A DNA stretch of 64,000 nt, taken from assembly GCA_030765235.1 (NCBI GenBank), contig JAVCCW010000006.1, positions 1,789-65,788 on the forward strand, written 5' to 3'. The position numbers and the translations under genes are program-made. This DNA comes from Candidatus Gorgyraea atricola (GTDB lineage: Bacteria > Omnitrophota > Gorgyraeia > Gorgyraeales > Gorgyraeaceae). Under the pieces are notes generated by a model. It had not been told where the DNA came from. It did not search any database and saw nothing but the letters and a program-made list of their open reading frames with translations. Positions 1 to 10,027 of the stretch are shown here, one piece after another (positions within the stretch are counted from its first letter, which is position 1; each line of letters starts with the position of its first letter).

Positions 1-2779
1 AGACCTCTGGGTCCTGAAATGGTATAAGAAGGTTATTGAATTCCTCAAAGAATTCTTTATAAAGGCCTGCTCGCAGGATCTCTAAAAGATATTTGTACTC
101 CATGTGCAGCCATATAGATTCATTCTCAAGCCACCCAGGCGTAAATACACTGGAGCGGCCCACCTCCTTTGAAATACCCTCAAGGGATTCATTGATCTTA
201 TACATCTTGAGCTTCTTGTCGTATAGGCCTGTTTTTTTCAATGCACTATACAGCGCCTTTTTCTTCTTTATATCCTTTTCAATCCTCATGGCCCGCACGT
301 TTCCCTCTAAAAATAAAGGTATCTTGCTAGTCTTAAACGCTGTAGGCTCTACAAGAGGAAGTTCTGTTTTTGGATCTCGTTTATTCAGATTTTTGAATTT
401 AGACACCTCGTTTGCAAAGTAAGTTGCATAAACCTTTTTGGACGGGATATATGTCTTTTTAATAACAGAGTCTATTTTTGAAAGAAATATTTTCAATATC
501 CTTTCCAGCTCTGCAATGCTAAGTGTATTTTCAGTACCACTAAGACCAAGCTTGACCTTTTCCCTGTACTTTTCCTTTAATAAATTAGCCTTATTCCAAT
601 AATAAAAATCTTTTTTAGCCTTGGATGTCTTGATGAGCGATTCCAGCTTTGTTATAAAATCTTGTATTTCCCCTGCAAGCCTAATCTTCACTGCAGGGTT
701 TAGATTTAGCTCTTTAAGCGCTTCTAATATAAAAACAATCTGTCTCTTTAACTCAAAGACCTCAGGCGTAGATGTCCCGAATAATCCTGGCAGGCCATTC
801 ATTGAATCGCACCAGCCTGGCTTATCTGCCTCCATCTCAATACCCCTGCCGCAAGGCCCTATAGACGCTATCTTATTTGCTATAATGCATAACATCTTGA
901 TAAGGAGCGTGGTCTTATATATCTTTCCTGTTCCTCTGGATGAACGCATTACATACGCGTCATCATGTCGTTTTTTTATCAGATGTTTCTTCTTAGAATC
1001 ATGCCTCAAGGAATGATACTGCCTGACCTTACCCAATCCAACTAAAAGACATTTTTCAGAGACAGGCTTTACACAATGGCTATTATCGTAGAAGGTAAAC
1101 TCTTTTTTATCCAGCAGGATCTCTTTTAGCTTCTCTGGATATATTGATAAAAAGCTCTCTACTAAATCAAGATTGTACGTCCAATGGTCTATCCAGAAAC
1201 CCTCGCTGTGCGTGGCTTCGTATTTTGCATCGCAATTCCTTAAAAGTTCGCCCAGGAATTCATGCCATGGCCTCTTTAATTTAATGCCGGCCTTTTCAAT
1301 GGTCATGAAAAGCTCTCCAGGGGAAAAATCATTCTGCAGGATATACTCTATCTTTCTTATAGCGTTTAGATCTACTTTTCCTTTAAAGGCATCTCTTAAT
1401 AATACGTTATTCTTGACCCTGAATTTTACTCCGTGCAGGACTAAGGGGTTAAAGCCATCCAGTTGCTGCAGATTGTAAAAATTCAATATATTTGAATCAC
1501 CTACATCAGGATTAAAGAACACGTCATTTCTGCGATTCTGATTTATGTCTCTGAAATTACCATTGCCCTGCGAGAAATATGTGGGATCTACATAAAATCT
1601 ATTGTAATCCCTTTCCAGGTCGCCATGCTTTCTGGAATATACATAAAAGGTGGGCGATTGATCTCCGAAATTTACTGGATAGCCGCCGCGCATGACATTA
1701 TCAAGAAATGTCTGTTTACAGTAAAGATCATACTTTTTCTCAGCTGAAGATGTGAAGACATCGTCCTGAAGTTTTTGTACAATTGTCTTATTTTCTTCTC
1801 TCTTATCTATAAAAAATTTCCTGTCGGTTAATCGCGATATCATTGAATTCAGTTTTTCTTTTGAGCCCATGTGGCCCATCAAGGAATAAAGCGTTACACT
1901 CCCTCCTTTTTTAAGCTTGGATGATGCAAGAGACATAGCGCATGGAAGTTTATTCTGACTTCTCTGCGAATCAGGCACTTTGAACCCTGGCTCATTTACA
2001 AAATGTATGGGATGCGAAAAATCATTGATCTCTCCGAAAATCAATTTCGGATCAACAAAGACAGGCAGGCATTCTGCCTTTTTCCCGTATTTAGATAAGG
2101 AGCTCAGGTAAAAATTTCCCTCGCTTATAAAAGATGTCTCAGATATGTCACTAGGATCTACCTTTAACCTATAAAACGGCGCGCCCTTTGCTATATTTTC
2201 CACAAGCATCCATGCCTCAACAGTACGCCTCATCTTTTGAAGAAAGAAATTATTCACGCCATAAGGTATAAAAAGAGGCGCGCCGTCCAATATCTCCATT
2301 TTCAAATCTTTTTTTGATATATTCTTTAATGTAACTACCCTTGCAAGGCCGGCAAAAGACTCGCCTGGTATAGTAAAATAATCTACTTCTACTTCAATGC
2401 CGAGCTCGTGATTGACTTCCTTAAGCCTGAGCTCGTGAGAGCTAATGAACATCTTTTGAATCGCATTAGAGTTCACGCAAAATGGTTCATACAGGATAGT
2501 CCCTTTTTTAGCCTTTATTTTTATAAATGTGCGGAAGCCTTGCGAAGATACAAGCTGGTAGGCCCTATTCGCGGGCAGAAATTCCATGATAGGGCTGTCT
2601 TTACTCTTAATGCCAAAACTGCACATACACTGGGCCCTATTGACATAGAACGCCCACATAGGCTTTCCAAATAGTCCTGCTATGCCTGGTAAGAAACTAG
2701 AGAAATTCCCTGCCTGGTTATAGTTTTCTATGATAAATTCGTTATTGGCGTCTATATAGTACTTTACAGACTTTTTCAT
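1..2779 (-). CDS. GH161-like beta-1,3-glucan phosphorylase (partial, runs off the left edge; absent from ORF track)
   Basis: Hand translation of segments from ATG 2779: MKKSVKYYIDANNEFIIENYNQAGNFSSFLPGIAGLFGKPMWAFYVNRAQ, later YSRKHGDLERDYN..YFSQGNGNFRDINQNRRND and GIEMEADKPGWCDSMNGLPGLFG; these match motifs recalled for GH161. Confidence 0.8.
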   Translation of the reverse strand, partial: MKKSVKYYIDANNEFIIENYNQAGNFSSFLPGIAGLFGKPMWAFYVNRAQCMCSFGIKSKDSPIMEFLPANRAYQLVSSQGFRTFIKIKAKKGTILYEPFCVNSNAIQKMFISSHELRLKEVNHELGIEVEVDYFTIPGESFAGLARVVTLKNISKKDLKMEILDGAPLFIPYGVNNFFLQKMRRTVEAWMLVENIAKGAPFYRLKVDPSDISETSFISEGNFYLSSLSKYGKKAECLPVFVDPKLIFGEINDFSHPIHFVNEPGFKVPDSQRSQNKLPCAMSLASSKLKKGGSVTLYSLMGHMGSKEKLNSMISRLTDRKFFIDKREENKTIVQKLQDDVFTSSAEKKYDLYCKQTFLDNVMRGGYPVNFGDQSPTFYVYSRKHGDLERDYNRFYVDPTYFSQGNGNFRDINQNRRNDVFFNPDVGDSNILNFYNLQQLDGFNPLVLHGVKFRVKNNVLLRDAFKGKVDLNAIRKIEYILQNDFSPGELFMTIEKAGIKLKRPWHEFLGELLRNCDAKYEATHSEGFWIDHWTYNLDLVESFLSIYPEKLKEILLDKKEFTFYDNSHCVKPVSEKCLLVGLGKVRQYHSLRHDSKKKHLIKKRHDDAYVMRSSRGTGKIYKTTLLIKMLCIIANKIASIGPCGRGIEMEADKPGWCDSMNGLPGLFGTSTPEVFELKRQIVFILEALKELNLNPAVKIRLAGEIQDFITKLESLIKTSKAKKDFYYWNKANLLKEKYREKVKLGLSGTENTLSIAELERILKIFLSKIDSVIKKTYIPSKKVYATYFANEVSKFKNLNKRDPKTELPLVEPTAFKTSKIPLFLEGNVRAMRIEKDIKKKKALYSALKKTGLYDKKLKMYKINESLEGISKEVGRSSVFTPGWLENESIWLHMEYKYLLEILRAGLYKEFFEEFNNLLIPFQDPEV

Positions 2780-2787
2780 ATGGAGTA

Positions 2788-2816
2788 ATTTTAACAGATA
2801 GGTCAAAACTTAGCAA
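2788..2816 (-). promoter_or_regulatory. sigma70-type promoter, probably leaderless
   Basis: TTGCTA-17 bp-TAAAAT, 8 nt before the ATG at 2779, no SD. Confidence 0.6.
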
Positions 2817-2821
2817 GTAAA

Positions 2822-2856
2822 TTAACCCGTTCCACCTCGTAGGTGGAACGGGTTAA
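2822..2856. repeat. Palindrome (probable terminator) related to the CCCGTTCC element family
   Basis: TTAACCCGTTCCACCT-CGT-AGGTGGAACGGGTTAA, perfect 16-bp arms. Confidence 0.75.
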
Positions 2857-2867
2857 GCAGTTTTAGC

Positions 2868-2945
2868 TCATGCCCGGGAGCTAATACAGCAGCCCTCTTT
2901 GCAGTGAGCTACAGGTCTTAGCATATATCTAACTATAATATCCAT
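2868..2945 (-). CDS. Putative 25-aa Cys-rich small protein MDIIVRYMLRPVAHCKEGCCISSRA
   Basis: GGGAGG SD about 6 nt before the ATG, 17 nt after the ogg stop; ends at TGA. Confidence 0.5.
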   Translation of the reverse strand: MDIIVRYMLRPVAHCKEGCCISSRA

Positions 2946-2962
2946 ACTATCCCTCCCTTGGT

Positions 2963-3574
2963 TTATTTGAATATAATCCCTGTCTCCGTAGACCAGAACA
3001 AAAGGTCTATTTCATCCAGTGGAATATTCAATTGTTGAAAAAACTCTCTCATCTTGTTTTCTATTTTTATGTATTCTTTTTTAGTCAATGACTCTGGTAT
3101 TTTCTTTATAATCCCGTATCTTTTCAGATTCTTAAGTATATGCCTGTCGAGTATAGCCAGGTCCTGGCCAAATCCTATGTTTCTTAAAAAATGACTTGCC
3201 TCTTTATAGCCAAGGCCTTTGATGTTTTTAACGAGCCAATCCCTGGCCCTGATAAGGTCTTTTGTGTCAATCATGGCCTTTAAATCTGAACATTTTCTTG
3301 CCTCGACTAAATACCGCGCCTTATTATTAGGAAAGCGCACACCTTTTAAACAGCGCCTCACGTCTCCCTGGGAGCCTTTAAAAAGTAAATCGTGTCTCTG
3401 TAGTCTCTTTATAGCCTGATCGCAAATAACTGCCTTTGCCTGTGGTGTCAATATACAGAAACAGAGCTCAGCGAATATATCCTTATCGCCTCTTTTATAG
3501 ACATGCTGAAACTCCTGCAACCTGTTTCGTATATCTATTTTTTTCTTTTTATAACTGTCCAAAAGACTTTTCAT
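2963..3574 (-). CDS. ogg: 8-oxoguanine DNA glycosylase/AP lyase (Thermotoga/archaeal-type)
   Basis: ELCFCILT, RFPNNKARY, HhH IKGLGYKEASHFLRNIG, AILDRH, DLLFW..ETG.IFK. Confidence 0.9.
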   Translation of the reverse strand: MKSLLDSYKKKKIDIRNRLQEFQHVYKRGDKDIFAELCFCILTPQAKAVICDQAIKRLQRHDLLFKGSQGDVRRCLKGVRFPNNKARYLVEARKCSDLKAMIDTKDLIRARDWLVKNIKGLGYKEASHFLRNIGFGQDLAILDRHILKNLKRYGIIKKIPESLTKKEYIKIENKMREFFQQLNIPLDEIDLLFWSTETGIIFK

Positions 3575-3807
3575 ATATCGAGCGCCTTAGATATCGCTTC
3601 TTTATCAAAACCTACTATTATCTGGCCGTCAATATCAAGGACAGGCACGCCCACCTGTCCTGATTTATCCATCATCTTCTTACCTGCATCAGGATCAGCA
3701 CCTACATCTATATCCTCGAATGCTATATTCTTCTCTTTAAGAAAATCCTTTGCCCTGTGACAATAAGGGCAGGTGGATGTCGAATATACCTTTACGCTTT
3801 TACTCAT
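3571..3807 (-). CDS. Glutaredoxin-like protein (NrdH/YruB family)
   Basis: CPYC active site, SGQVGVPV, IIVGFD. Confidence 0.9.
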   Translation of the reverse strand: MSKSVKVYSTSTCPYCHRAKDFLKEKNIAFEDIDVGADPDAGKKMMDKSGQVGVPVLDIDGQIIVGFDKEAISKALDI

Positions 3808-4279
3808 AAAGCCCCCTTAATTCTATCAATTTCCTGAGATGCGACTGTTCTTCTTCGAGGAGCTTTTCGATGATCTTTTGTTCGCCCTCTAAGGCAAACT
3901 TTTTCATCTCATGATAAAAAAGGATCGAGTCTTTTTCAAATCCAATGCCTGCATCCACTGCGTCCTTCTCGCTCTTAATGCCCTTGGCTATTTCAGCGCC
4001 TTTATTTGCCTTTGTAAATACATATCCTTCTGAGAGCGCCCTGAGATAAGCAAAATATTCACCTGGATATGCCTCAGATGGTTCGTATTTCTTGACCTGA
4101 GCAAGTAGATTTTCGAATCTCTTTATGTGCTTATCCTCTTCGCCTCCAAGAAATTCAAAGATCTCTTTTGCCTTTTGACTTTTTGATATTTTTACTACAC
4201 CATCGTAAAAGGCCTTGCCATTCTTTTCTATCTGTATTCCAATTTCTACAACTTCAGGACCTGAAAAAAGATTTGCCAT
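3800..4279 (-). CDS. Ferritin-like/rubrerythrin-domain diiron protein
   Basis: Two E..G/S..FY ... EE..H repeats. Confidence 0.85.
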   Translation of the reverse strand: MANLFSGPEVVEIGIQIEKNGKAFYDGVVKISKSQKAKEIFEFLGGEEDKHIKRFENLLAQVKKYEPSEAYPGEYFAYLRALSEGYVFTKANKGAEIAKGIKSEKDAVDAGIGFEKDSILFYHEMKKFALEGEQKIIEKLLEEEQSHLRKLIELRGLYE

Positions 4280-4297
4280 CTCCTGCCCTCCTCATAT

Positions 4298-4861
4298 TTA
4301 AGAAACCATTTTTATGCCTAACTTGAATGCCTTTTCCAAACAGTCAGTGTGTTTCTGCATGTCACCTTTGTCGTCTATCTTTGAACAGAAAAGTTCTGCC
4401 TTGTAATCTATATTAATAATAGCGAATAAATTCCTGACTATTGACTTCGCATTGTCAAAAAAGTCTTTCCTGTCTGAGCCCTCAACAGAAATAAAGGCGC
4501 CCTTTATTCTTTTATATCCAATATCTTTTTTTAATACAAATTTTGCCTTCCATGCGCACTGGAAACGGTCTATCATCATCTTTGTCTGCGCGGTCAGGCT
4601 GCCAAAAAATATCGGCGAGGCAATGATCAGGACATCCGTGGTTCTGATATTATCATAAAGCCTCTGCATATCATCTTCAAGAACACAGCCGCCATCATCC
4701 TTGATCGTTTCGCATTCCTGGCACGGAGAAAATTTTAGTTCATTAAGAATGATCTTCTCTGTCAGGGCGCCCTTGCTCCTGGCACCTTCAAGAACCTTGT
4801 CTAAAAGGATATCTGTATTACCGCCTGTTCTGGGACTTCCGTTAACACCTAAAACTTTCAT
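4298..4861 (-). CDS. Iron-sulfur flavoprotein (Isf, flavodoxin family)
   Basis: Start refined to [11 protein letters not shown]; GNT, C..C..C.....C, ASPIFFG, IDR. Confidence 0.85.
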   Translation of the reverse strand: MKVLGVNGSPRTGGNTDILLDKVLEGARSKGALTEKIILNELKFSPCQECETIKDDGGCVLEDDMQRLYDNIRTTDVLIIASPIFFGSLTAQTKMMIDRFQCAWKAKFVLKKDIGYKRIKGAFISVEGSDRKDFFDNAKSIVRNLFAIINIDYKAELFCSKIDDKGDMQKHTDCLEKAFKLGIKMVS

Positions 4862-5433
4862 CAGTAATTCTCGCAGAGCAGTTCGTAATGCGCTTGTGGA
4901 TGAGCGCATGCAGGACATTCCTTAGGCGCCTCTTTGCCCTCATGCACATAGCCGCAATTTCGGCATTTCCATTTTACTATTCTTTCTTTCTTAAATACAG
5001 TCCCATCTTTTATATTTTTCAGTAGTTTTCTATATCTTTTCTCATGCTCTTCCTCGACCTCTGCTATCTCTTTGAACTGATCCGCTATCTCGTTAAAACC
5101 TTCTTCGCGCGCTGTCTTTTCCGCGTCCTTGTAGAGCTTTGTCCACTCCATATTTTCACCAGCCGCTGAGGCTTCGAGGTTCTGGCTAGTATCACCTATT
5201 ACTCCTGCTGGATATGATGCCTGGATCTCCACTTCTCCGCCCTGAAGCAGCTTAAAAAACCTCTTTGCATGTTCTTTCTCGTTTTCAGCTGTTTCTAAAA
5301 ATATTGATGCTATCTGTTCGTATCCTGCCTTTTTTGCAACACTCGCAAAATAGGTGTACCGATTTCTTGCCTGCGACTCCCCTGCGAACGATGCCAGGAG
5401 ATTTTTTTCTGTCTTTGATCCTTTTAACTTCAT
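4861..5433 (-). CDS. rbr: Rubrerythrin
   Basis: [27 protein letters not shown]-terminal CRNCG...CPACAHP. Confidence 0.95.
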   Translation of the reverse strand: MKLKGSKTEKNLLASFAGESQARNRYTYFASVAKKAGYEQIASIFLETAENEKEHAKRFFKLLQGGEVEIQASYPAGVIGDTSQNLEASAAGENMEWTKLYKDAEKTAREEGFNEIADQFKEIAEVEEEHEKRYRKLLKNIKDGTVFKKERIVKWKCRNCGYVHEGKEAPKECPACAHPQAHYELLCENY

Positions 5434-6590
5434 AGTGCCTCCCTTATCTTTTGTTTTAATTCCTCTAATTCTTTATCATCTGGAATGTACTGTATCTTCA
5501 AACCCTTTAAAGGCTGCTCGAATTTACACGCCTCAAAAATCTTTTCTATCTCGCCAATGCTCTGACCTCCCCAGCCATATGAGCCAAAGGCAAAGCCAAC
5601 CCTATTTTTTGGCGCAAGGCCTTTCATATAAGTCAAAAAAGCTGAAACAGTAGGCATTATACCATTATTCAGAGTAGGTGAACCAACGCATATATACTTC
5701 GCCTCTAAGACCTCGGCCATTATATCAGAGATATGATCTGTAAGAAGGCTTTTCATTGTACAATTTATGCCTTTTTCTTTAAATGCATTTTCGATTGTAT
5801 GCGCCATTTTTTCAGTACTATGCCACATTGTATCATAGACAATGACTGCTTTTTTATCGCATGTATTAGTAGACCATTTTTTATAAAAATCTATGATATT
5901 CTTTAGTTTTTTGCGCCAGATCAATCCATGGCTCGGCGCTATCATATCTATATCGAGTGAACCAACAACCTCTAATGCCTTTTGTACCTGCTGGCCATAT
6001 GGAAGTACGATATTTGCATAATACTTTGCTGCTTCTTCTTTAATAATATCCCACTTAAGCTCGTCGACAAAACGCTCATCTGATGCAATATGCTGGCCAA
6101 ATGCATCATTAGACAAAAGCAGCTTCTCTTCAGAAACATAGGTCACCATTGAGTCAGGCCAATGCACCATTGGCACACATACGAATTTCAGATTTCTCTT
6201 ACCTATATTAATAGAATCGCCTGAATTAACTACCTTAAAATCCCAATCCTTCTTAAAGTGCCTTTTTAGCCCCTTTGCGCCATTAGGAGAGCACACAAGC
6301 GTTGCATTTTTTGCTATTTCCATCATCCTTGGTAATCCACCAGAGTGATCCATCTCAGTGTGATTTGAAATAATATAATCTATTTTTGCTGGATCAACTA
6401 TCTTCTTAATTCTCTCAAGCATCTCGTCAAAAAGATAGTGTTTAACAGTGTCCACGAGCACTATCTTTTCATCTATTATGAGATAGGCATTATAGGTAGA
6501 TCCACGCTGCGTGAGATAACCATGAAAATTCCTTAGATCCCAATCAATCGCCCCGACCCAATATATGCCTTTTTTAATCTCCAATCTCAT
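5430..6590 (-). CDS. fprA: Flavodiiron protein (FprA family NO/O2 reductase)
   Basis: [33 protein letters not shown], flavodoxin domain FGSYGWGG. Confidence 0.95.
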   Translation of the reverse strand: MRLEIKKGIYWVGAIDWDLRNFHGYLTQRGSTYNAYLIIDEKIVLVDTVKHYLFDEMLERIKKIVDPAKIDYIISNHTEMDHSGGLPRMMEIAKNATLVCSPNGAKGLKRHFKKDWDFKVVNSGDSINIGKRNLKFVCVPMVHWPDSMVTYVSEEKLLLSNDAFGQHIASDERFVDELKWDIIKEEAAKYYANIVLPYGQQVQKALEVVGSLDIDMIAPSHGLIWRKKLKNIIDFYKKWSTNTCDKKAVIVYDTMWHSTEKMAHTIENAFKEKGINCTMKSLLTDHISDIMAEVLEAKYICVGSPTLNNGIMPTVSAFLTYMKGLAPKNRVGFAFGSYGWGGQSIGEIEKIFEACKFEQPLKGLKIQYIPDDKELEELKQKIREAL

Positions 6591-7279
6591 CCTTCCTTTA
6601 CGAATTGGTCTTTGGTGGCGCCGCAGATTGGGCAGACCCAGTTATCTGGTAACTTTTCAAATGGCGTGCCTGGCTGGACTCCGTTATCTGGATCACCTGC
6701 TGCTGGATCATAGATATAATTACAGACTTCACATCGATATTTCTGCATCTTGATACCTCCTGTAGCCATGCCTTCTCCTTTAATAAAGGTAGGCGCTGTC
6801 TTTGGTGTTGTGCCGCGTTTTACCTGGTGATAATAAGCATATGTCATAGGAGTACCTGTTTTCAAAATCTCAGATTCTAACATCTCTCCTAAAAAAAGCG
6901 TATGCGTGCCACAATCAAGCTTATTTACTACTTTTGCATCAAAATAGCCAAGTGAATAATCCACAACTACTGGACATCCAGAAGAAAGCCTTTTAGACTT
7001 GATCCCCTTAAACTTATCTTCTTTCCTACCTGAGGCAAAACCAAACTTGCCTATGAAATTAAGCGGTGTATCTTCTGACAATATAGAGACGCTGAATCTG
7101 CTGCTTTTTTCTATAAATTCATGCGTCAGATTCTGCTTATTAATGCTTACTGCAACAGTTACAGGGTCACTTGTTATCTGAATGACAGCATTCGCGATCT
7201 GACCATTTAAAGAATCGCCTTTATTTGAAGCAACGATGTACATGCCATAGCCAATATTATGCAGAACATTTGGATCCAT
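6587..7279 (-). CDS. Flavin reductase-rubredoxin fusion (high-molecular-weight rubredoxin)
   Basis: Flavin reductase domain (NGQIAN, GTHTLF) plus C-terminal rubredoxin [10 protein letters not shown]...WVCPIC. Confidence 0.9.
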   Translation of the reverse strand: MDPNVLHNIGYGMYIVASNKGDSLNGQIANAVIQITSDPVTVAVSINKQNLTHEFIEKSSRFSVSILSEDTPLNFIGKFGFASGRKEDKFKGIKSKRLSSGCPVVVDYSLGYFDAKVVNKLDCGTHTLFLGEMLESEILKTGTPMTYAYYHQVKRGTTPKTAPTFIKGEGMATGGIKMQKYRCEVCNYIYDPAAGDPDNGVQPGTPFEKLPDNWVCPICGATKDQFVKEG

Positions 7280-8570
7280 ATCTCTCTAATGCCTCCTTTA
7301 AATCTTTCTGGGGTTCGCCAATCAATTTTAGATCAAAATTTTTCTGAAGCACCTCAAATACATTCTTGGAAATAAAGGCAGGGGGTGTTGGCCCAATATA
7401 CATACCTTTTATACCAAGATACAATAAAGATAAAAGTATTGCAACTGCTTTTTGCTCAAACCAGGAAAGCACCAGCGTCAATGGCAAGCCATTTACATCA
7501 GTATTAAATGCCTTTGCTAATGCAGCTACTATCTGTACTGCAGAATAGGCATTATTACACTGACCTACGTCCAGGAGTCGTGGGATACCGTCTATGTCTC
7601 CAAAATCTAGTTTATTAAAACGATATTTTCCGCACGCCAGAGTAAGGATTACAGAATCCTTAGGTACTGATTCAGCAAATTCTGTGTAATAGTTGCGTCC
7701 TGGTTTTGCTCCATCGCATCCGCCGATTAAAAAGAAATGTTTTATCTTCCCAGATTTGACAGCTCCTACTATCTTTTCTGCCAGACCAAGCACTGCTGTG
7801 TGGTGAAAACCAGTCATGATCTTTTTACCAGGCGCCTCAGGTAGTGCGGGTAAAGACTTTGCTTTTTCTATTAACTTACTGAAGTCTTTTCTGTCTTTTA
7901 TATGATTAGCGCCAGTGACTCCAGTAATACCTATAGTAAAGAGCCTGTCCTGATAAGTATCTTTGGGCGGGATCAACACACAATTCGTAGTAGCCAGAAT
8001 CGCTCCTGGAAATTCCTTGAATTCTTTTTTCTGGTCCTGCCATGCGCTGCCAAAATTACCGACCAGGTGCGTGAATTTCTTTAATTCAGGGTAGCCATGT
8101 GCAGGAAGCATTTCGCTGTGAGTATAGACATTGATCCCGGTTCCTTGTGTTTGTTTTAAAAGCTCATAAAGATCCAAAAGGTCATGACCTGTAATAAGTA
8201 TACCGGGGCCCTTTTTTGTCCCTGTCTCAACCTCTGTAGGCACGGGATTTCCAAATCTATCTGTGTGCGCCTTATCGAGAAGTTCCATCACCTTAAGATT
8301 TATTTCTCCGCACTTCAGAACCATCTCAAGATACTGGTTCAAATCAAAGCTCACGTTCGTCACTGTCTTAAACAATGCCTCGTGCATGAATGCATCAACA
8401 GTCCCGTCTTTTGCGCCTAATTCCCTTGCGTGATACGCGTAAGCTGCTATGCCCTTGAGGCCAAAAAGCAATATATCCTGAAGACTCTGTATATCCTCAT
8501 TCTTTCCACACACGCCCATCTTTGTACATCCGCTTCCGCCTGCTGTTTGTTCACATTGATAGCAAAACAT
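7257..8570 (-). CDS. hcp: Hybrid cluster protein (short class)
   Basis: [11 protein letters not shown]...GVCGK, TGHDL, THSEM, TNC, GCDG, CGK, GQCN, WFEQKA. Confidence 0.95.
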   Translation of the reverse strand: MFCYQCEQTAGGSGCTKMGVCGKNEDIQSLQDILLFGLKGIAAYAYHARELGAKDGTVDAFMHEALFKTVTNVSFDLNQYLEMVLKCGEINLKVMELLDKAHTDRFGNPVPTEVETGTKKGPGILITGHDLLDLYELLKQTQGTGINVYTHSEMLPAHGYPELKKFTHLVGNFGSAWQDQKKEFKEFPGAILATTNCVLIPPKDTYQDRLFTIGITGVTGANHIKDRKDFSKLIEKAKSLPALPEAPGKKIMTGFHHTAVLGLAEKIVGAVKSGKIKHFFLIGGCDGAKPGRNYYTEFAESVPKDSVILTLACGKYRFNKLDFGDIDGIPRLLDVGQCNNAYSAVQIVAALAKAFNTDVNGLPLTLVLSWFEQKAVAILLSLLYLGIKGMYIGPTPPAFISKNVFEVLQKNFDLKLIGEPQKDLKEALERYGSKCSA

Positions 8571-8571
8571 A

Positions 8572-8820
8572 TTAGCCCTCCTTTTGTTTTCGTTTTTTAT
8601 ATTTTTTATACTTCTCTGGGCCTATACAATCTTTTGCCATGCTGCACCAGTCAAGGCATGATTGCGGCATATCTCTTGAGACCTTTTTTTTGCAATGCGG
8701 ACAAGTAGTATCCGCTTCATCTGACCAGATCTCTACCTCTTTTCCGCACTTGCATTTTATATTCTCAGGAAAAGGCTCTTTGATTCTTTTAGAACCCGGG
8801 CATCCGTCAAAAAAACTCAC
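8572..8820 (-). CDS. Small Cys-rich metal-binding protein
   Basis: CPG, CKCG.EVEIWSDE, CPHC, SCLDWC....DC. Confidence 0.7.
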   Translation of the reverse strand: MSFFDGCPGSKRIKEPFPENIKCKCGKEVEIWSDEADTTCPHCKKKVSRDMPQSCLDWCSMAKDCIGPEKYKKYKKRKQKEG

Positions 8821-8821
8821 G

Positions 8822-9580
8822 CTATGCCTCCTTTATATCGCCTTTGATCCCCACAATCACTTTCTCTAAAGGAATCTTTTTGCCAGATAGTCGCAAGGCC
8901 TCTTTGACGATCTGAATCAAGCCAAAACAACACGGTACCTCCATGTGAAGAACCGTGATGCTTTTGATATTATTCAATTTAAAAAGTTCTGCCAGTTTTT
9001 CTTCATATATAGTAGCCGCATCAAGCTTCGGACAACCAATAAGAAGCACCTTGTCCCTCAGGAAATCCTGGTGAAAATCAGGATATGAAAACGCCACACA
9101 ATCCGCAGCTATAACCAGATCCGCTTCCTTTAAATAAGGCGCTTCCACAGGCACAAGCATGAGCTGTATAGGCCAATTTCCTAATTCAGGCTCGCTCTTG
9201 ACCCTCCCTTGTCTCTTGTCCCTTGCCTGCCCCGTACGAAATCTTTGATTTTCGTATGGGGTCCCTTGTCCCTTACTAAGCGTTTTCACTGCTGTTCCAG
9301 GACAACCACAGGGTAATTCTTTCTTCTCGCGCTTCTCAAGCTCCTCCAAATGCTTCTTTGTAGCCTTCTCATCAAAACCAGCTGACTCTCTTTCCTCTAT
9401 AGTTATAGCATCTTCAGGACAATGCCCAAGACACGCGCCCAGACCATCGCAGTAGATCTCTTTCACGAGCTTTGCCTTTCCATCTATTATCTGAAGCGCG
9501 CCTTCTGCGCAATTAGGGATACAAAGTCCGCAGCCCGTGCATTTTTCTTCGTCTATTTTTACGATTTTCCTTTTTGCCAT
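8822..9580 (-). CDS. 4Fe-4S dicluster protein with conserved Cys-containing C-terminal domain
   Basis: CTGCGLC..C, CDGLGACLGHCP, CGCPG, NWPIQL, AADC, GCPKLD, MEVPCC. Confidence 0.85.
   Translation of the reverse strand: MAKRKIVKIDEEKCTGCGLCIPNCAEGALQIIDGKAKLVKEIYCDGLGACLGHCPEDAITIEERESAGFDEKATKKHLEELEKREKKELPCGCPGTAVKTLSKGQGTPYENQRFRTGQARDKRQGRVKSEPELGNWPIQLMLVPVEAPYLKEADLVIAADCVAFSYPDFHQDFLRDKVLLIGCPKLDAATIYEEKLAELFKLNNIKSITVLHMEVPCCFGLIQIVKEALRLSGKKIPLEKVIVGIKGDIKEA
9206..9274 (+). repeat. Palindromic element flanked by C(C/T)CTTGT heptamers, inside the CDS
   Basis: CCCCGTACGAAA-TCTTTGAT-TTTCGTATGGGG at 9230-9261; near-identical copy at 19997-20062. Confidence 0.85.
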
Positions 9581-9584
9581 GATC

Positions 9585-9989
9585 TTACTCCTTTAATAGA
9601 GATGCTATTGTAATCTTTTCTAATTCTTGCTTTACTAAGAGACAAATGCCTTTTAATTTTTTTCTAAGGACGCACTTCTTTACATTCGGACAGATCTTGC
9701 CTTTTAAAAGGCAGTTCGTAAAATCCAGTTTTCCTTGAAAGATTTCAATCAAATCTATCAGTCGTATTTTACTTGGGGATTTTTGAAAAGAAAATCCGCC
9801 TCTTTTCCCCTTGTGAGAGCGAAGCACCTTTTTCCTTGCCAGCTCCTGAAGTATTCTCCTTAAAAATCTCTCAGGCAGACGCTCCTCTTTGACAATCTCA
9901 TCCACTGTTATAATGTCACTCTTAGATGAGCGTGCCATGAACACTAGGGCCCGTATCGCATAATCTGTATCTCTTGCAATGAAATTCAT
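9585..9989 (-). CDS. Rrf2-family regulator (NsrR/IscR-like, three Cys)
   Basis: TDYAIRAL, FLRRILQEL, S.KG.RGGF, C......C.....C. Confidence 0.9.
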   Translation of the reverse strand: MNFIARDTDYAIRALVFMARSSKSDIITVDEIVKEERLPERFLRRILQELARKKVLRSHKGKRGGFSFQKSPSKIRLIDLIEIFQGKLDFTNCLLKGKICPNVKKCVLRKKLKGICLLVKQELEKITIASLLKE

Positions 9990-9990
9990 A

Positions 9991-10027
9991 ATGATACTAA
10001 TATAGTATTATTATCTAATTTTGTCAA
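9991..10027 (-). promoter_or_regulatory. Promoter with overlapping palindromic operator (probable Rrf2 autoregulation)
   Basis: TTGACA-17-TATATT, 9 nt before ATG; imperfect palindrome ATGATACTAATATAGTATTAT over the -10/+1. Confidence 0.65.

Noticed and set aside
93-2674. Plus-strand ORFs at 93, 621, 1173 and 2408
   Set aside because: Antisense shadows of the minus-strand GH161-like gene
7257-8570. Short Hcp as a possible pseudogene or novelty
   Set aside because: Ligand motifs are intact and a short Hcp class is already known in anaerobes
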